DNA of 64,000 nt, from positions 109,492,001-109,556,000 of the forward strand of contig JANJGN010000007.1 of NCBI GenBank assembly GCA_026770705.1. The letters run 5' to 3'. Made by a program: the position numbers and the translations under genes. Position 1 is the stretch's first letter. Each line of letters opens with the position of its first letter. Source of the DNA: Isurus oxyrinchus. Lineage: Eukaryota. Positions 61,030 through 64,000 of this stretch are shown in pieces. Below the pieces are notes generated by a model, which was given only the letters and a program-made list of their open reading frames with translations, was not told the DNA's origin and did no database searches.

Positions 61030-62243
61030 CTTCACAATCTCTCTTCACCTCAATCCCCTAGCAGGGCGATTTGAGGGTTCTCTGCTTCTTCTTTGAACAG
61101 AGGTACAACGGATCACGATCCAGCACTGCCTTCCTCCACCTAGCCAATTTTGTTCTTTTATTGAACAGCTTCTCTTTTATCTCATATCACTGCCTCCAAG
61201 TAAAAGGTGTCGCTATGCTTATCTCCAACAGTCCTAGCTATGCCTGTCTTCCTGTGGAGTATATGAAACATTCCTTGTTCTTATTCTGGCCCCTCCCTCG
61301 TCTTTTTATTCCCGCCCATTGACGAGGTGCCGTTTCCTGCTCTCACCCTGGATTGTAAAATGTCATCAACTTTGCTCCCAATTTCCACCCGTCTTCACGT
61401 TGTCCATCTCAGAGTCTTCCCTTCCTCCATGTCTCTCCCTATTTCTGGGGTAAGACTACCAACAAATGATAATTAGAAACCCATTGATTCCAACAGTTAC
61501 TTTGACTGCATTTTCTCACACCCTGCTCTCTATAAGGTTTCCATCCCATTCTTCTGATTTCTTCATCTCTGTAACATCTGTTTTGATGCAACTATCTATG
61601 CCAGCACCTCTGACATGCCCTCCTTTTCCCTCAAACTAGCATTCCCCACAACGGTGATCCACAGGGCCATCAAATATGTCCGGCCCATTTCCCACATTTC
61701 TGTTCTCACCTCTCCCTCTCCTTTCCAGAAGCATGATAGCATTCCCCTTATGCTCGCCTTCCCTCCTTTCAGCCTCTGTTTTCAAAGGGTCATCCATTGC
61801 CTTTTGCACCATCTCCAGCATGATACCACCACCAAACACAGCTTCCCTTCCCTTTTCAGAATTCTGAAGGAACTACACCCTCAAAGACATCCTGCTCCAC
61901 TCCTCATCACCCCATCCTCTTTCCTCGGCACCTTTCCATGTAAGAACAGGAGATGTCACACCTACTCTTCTATCTCCCCTCTCTTCACCATCCAAGATCT
62001 CAAAAACATTTTCCAGGTGAAGCAGAGGTTTACGTGTATTAATTTCAATTCGATTTACGTGAACTTATTTTCATTTTTCCTGCTCACACCTTGAGTTTCT
62101 CTACACTGGCGAGAACAAATGCAGACTGGGTGACCACTTTGCCGAATAGCTCCACTGCATGTGCAAGAATCACCCTGGTCTTCCAGTGGCTTGCCATTTT
62201 AATTTTCACCTTGCTCTGACACTGACATCCCTGTCCTTGGCCT
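61030..62243 (+). mobile_element. Penelope-like element 3' fragment (RT C-terminus + GIY-YIG)
   Basis: CLQVKGVAM, FQVKQRFTC, YTGENKCRLGDHFAE. Confidence 0.85.
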
Positions 62244-62244
62244 A

Positions 62245-63090
62245 TTTTTTTCATATTCGTACATGGGATGTGGGCATCGCTAGCTAGGCCAGCATTTATT
62301 GCCCATCCTTAATTGCCCTTGAGAAGGTGGTGGTGAGCTGCCTACTTGAACCAATGCAGCCCATGTGGTGTAGTTACATTCATGGTACTGTTAGGGAGTG
62401 AGTTCCAGGATTTTGACCCCAGTGATAGTGATGAAACGGTGATATAATTCCAAATCAGGATGGTATGTGGCTTAGAAGTGAACTTTCAGGTTATGATGCA
62501 TCCATGCATCTGGTGCCCTTGTCCTTCTAGATGCCAGTTCTCGTGGGTTTGGATGGTGCTGTCTTAGGAGCCTTGGTAAGCTCCTGCAGCGCATCTTGTA
62601 GATGGTACACACTGCTGCCACTGCGCGTCAGTGTTAGGGGAGGTGGATATTTGTGGAGGTGAGCCAGAAAAGTGGCTGCTTTGCCCAGGATGATGTCAAG
62701 CTTCTTGAGCGTTGTTGGAGCTGCACTCATTCAGGCAAGTGGAGAGCATTCCATCACAATCCTGACGTGTGCTTTGTAGATAGACAGCTTTTGGGAGTCA
62801 GGAGGTGAGTTACTCGCCACAGGATTCTTAGCCTCCGACCTGCTCTTGTAGCCACAGTATTTATATAGCTAGTCCTGTTCAGTTTCTGGTCAATGGTTAC
62901 CCCCAGTATGTTGATAGTGGGGGATTCAGGGATGATTATGCCAGTGAATGTCAAGGGGCAATGATTAGATTCCTTGTTGTTGGAGATGGTCATTCCCTGG
63001 CACTTGTGTGGTTTGAATGTTACGTGCTACCTGCCAGCCCAAGCTGGGATATTGCCCAAGTCTTGCTGCATTTGCACATGGACTGCTTCT
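62245..63090 (-). mobile_element. 3' fragment of the 12-15 kb LINE family
   Basis: MTISNNKESNHCPLTF..ILGVTIDQKL. Confidence 0.9.
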
Positions 63091-64000
63091 TTGCAATCCA
63101 TGTCGAAATGCAATGCCCCAATGTCTGCAGTGTACCAGTGAAGCTTAACACAAAATCAAAGAACAGCACATTATCCTTCGATTTGGCATATTACTGATCT
63201 TTGGACTGTGCTGGACAATTTCAGACTTAATCTCTGCCACCTCGCCTATTGTGTCTACTTTTATTTTCAAGTTTCATTTTAACCTCGTTCATCTCTTTTT
63301 TGCTTTGAGATGGCAACTGTTCATTTTTCTGTGAGTTGCACGTCCTCTGGGCCGTTCTTCTGTTTCTGTGCTTGTTCCATTATTGGGCCCTTCGGCTATT
63401 CCCACCAATTGTTTTATTATTTGATGTCTGCCCTATCACAGACCTTCCCGTTTATTTTATTCACACGCCCTCATCTCCCCACCCATGCCCCCCACCCTCA
63501 CCTTAAAGGCATGTCTAATTGTTTCCTCGTTTTGACGAAAGGTTACCACCTGAACCTTTAATTCTGCTTTTTCTCTCCACAGAGAGTGCAAGGCCTGCTG
63601 AGTATTATCAGCGGTTTCTCTTTCTATTATAGCAAAGATAATTATTTTCAAATCTACATGGATGGGCAAAGCCGAGCAGTCCTCCAATTGACACTCTTAA
63701 GTTTGATACTTTACTAATAATCCACAGCTACTATGAATTTAGGATAACATAGAGTCATAGAGTTATACAGCACAGAAACAGGCCATTCGGCCTATCGTGT
63801 CTGTGCCGGCCATCAAGATGTGCTGGTGGTGTTTATACTTGTGTATATTTATATCTACTACCCACGTTAACATTTGAACCATCTTGTACATGACTCCAGA
63901 GAGCGTGTTCGCTAAGCAGCGGAGGTTTCTGACCTATCCTTTATTCTTTCATCGAAAGTAGAATACTGCGAATGTTGTGAATCCGAAATCCGAACAGAAG

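Noticed and set aside
52800-64000. A fourth receptor paralog
   Set aside because: No V, C1, TM or ITIM exon found; the region is mostly retroelement debris.

Overview
Vertebrate genomic DNA, most likely from a cartilaginous fish (inferred from the CR1/L2-group LINE, Penelope, Tx1, Harbinger and tRNA-SINE repertoire). The main content is a cluster of three paralogous, non-rearranging immunoglobulin-superfamily receptor genes, reconstructed by hand from splice sites. All three share the exon plan leader / germline-joined VJ-type V / single C1 / TM / 44-nt linker, followed by tyrosine-motif exons, with matching exon lengths and phases. Gene A (+, 9610-18073) carries the full SIRP-alpha-like four-tyrosine tail but has two in-frame TAA stops, so it is a probable pseudogene. 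Gene B (-, 36477-29624, 312 aa) is intact but keeps only one degenerate Tyr motif. Gene C (-, 51229-42934, 323 aa) is intact with one ITIM and one ITSM, and its distal pair is eroded. The V domains are unusually compact (57-58 aa between the cysteines) and have a conserved N-glycosylation sequon where J segments carry Phe/Trp. Most of the rest is decayed transposons. These include a head-to-head Penelope pair with hammerhead-ribozyme motifs, Penelope-end mini-insertions with target-site duplications, and a LINE carrying a perfect 92-bp templated insertion. No database searches were run; family names come from motif recognition.
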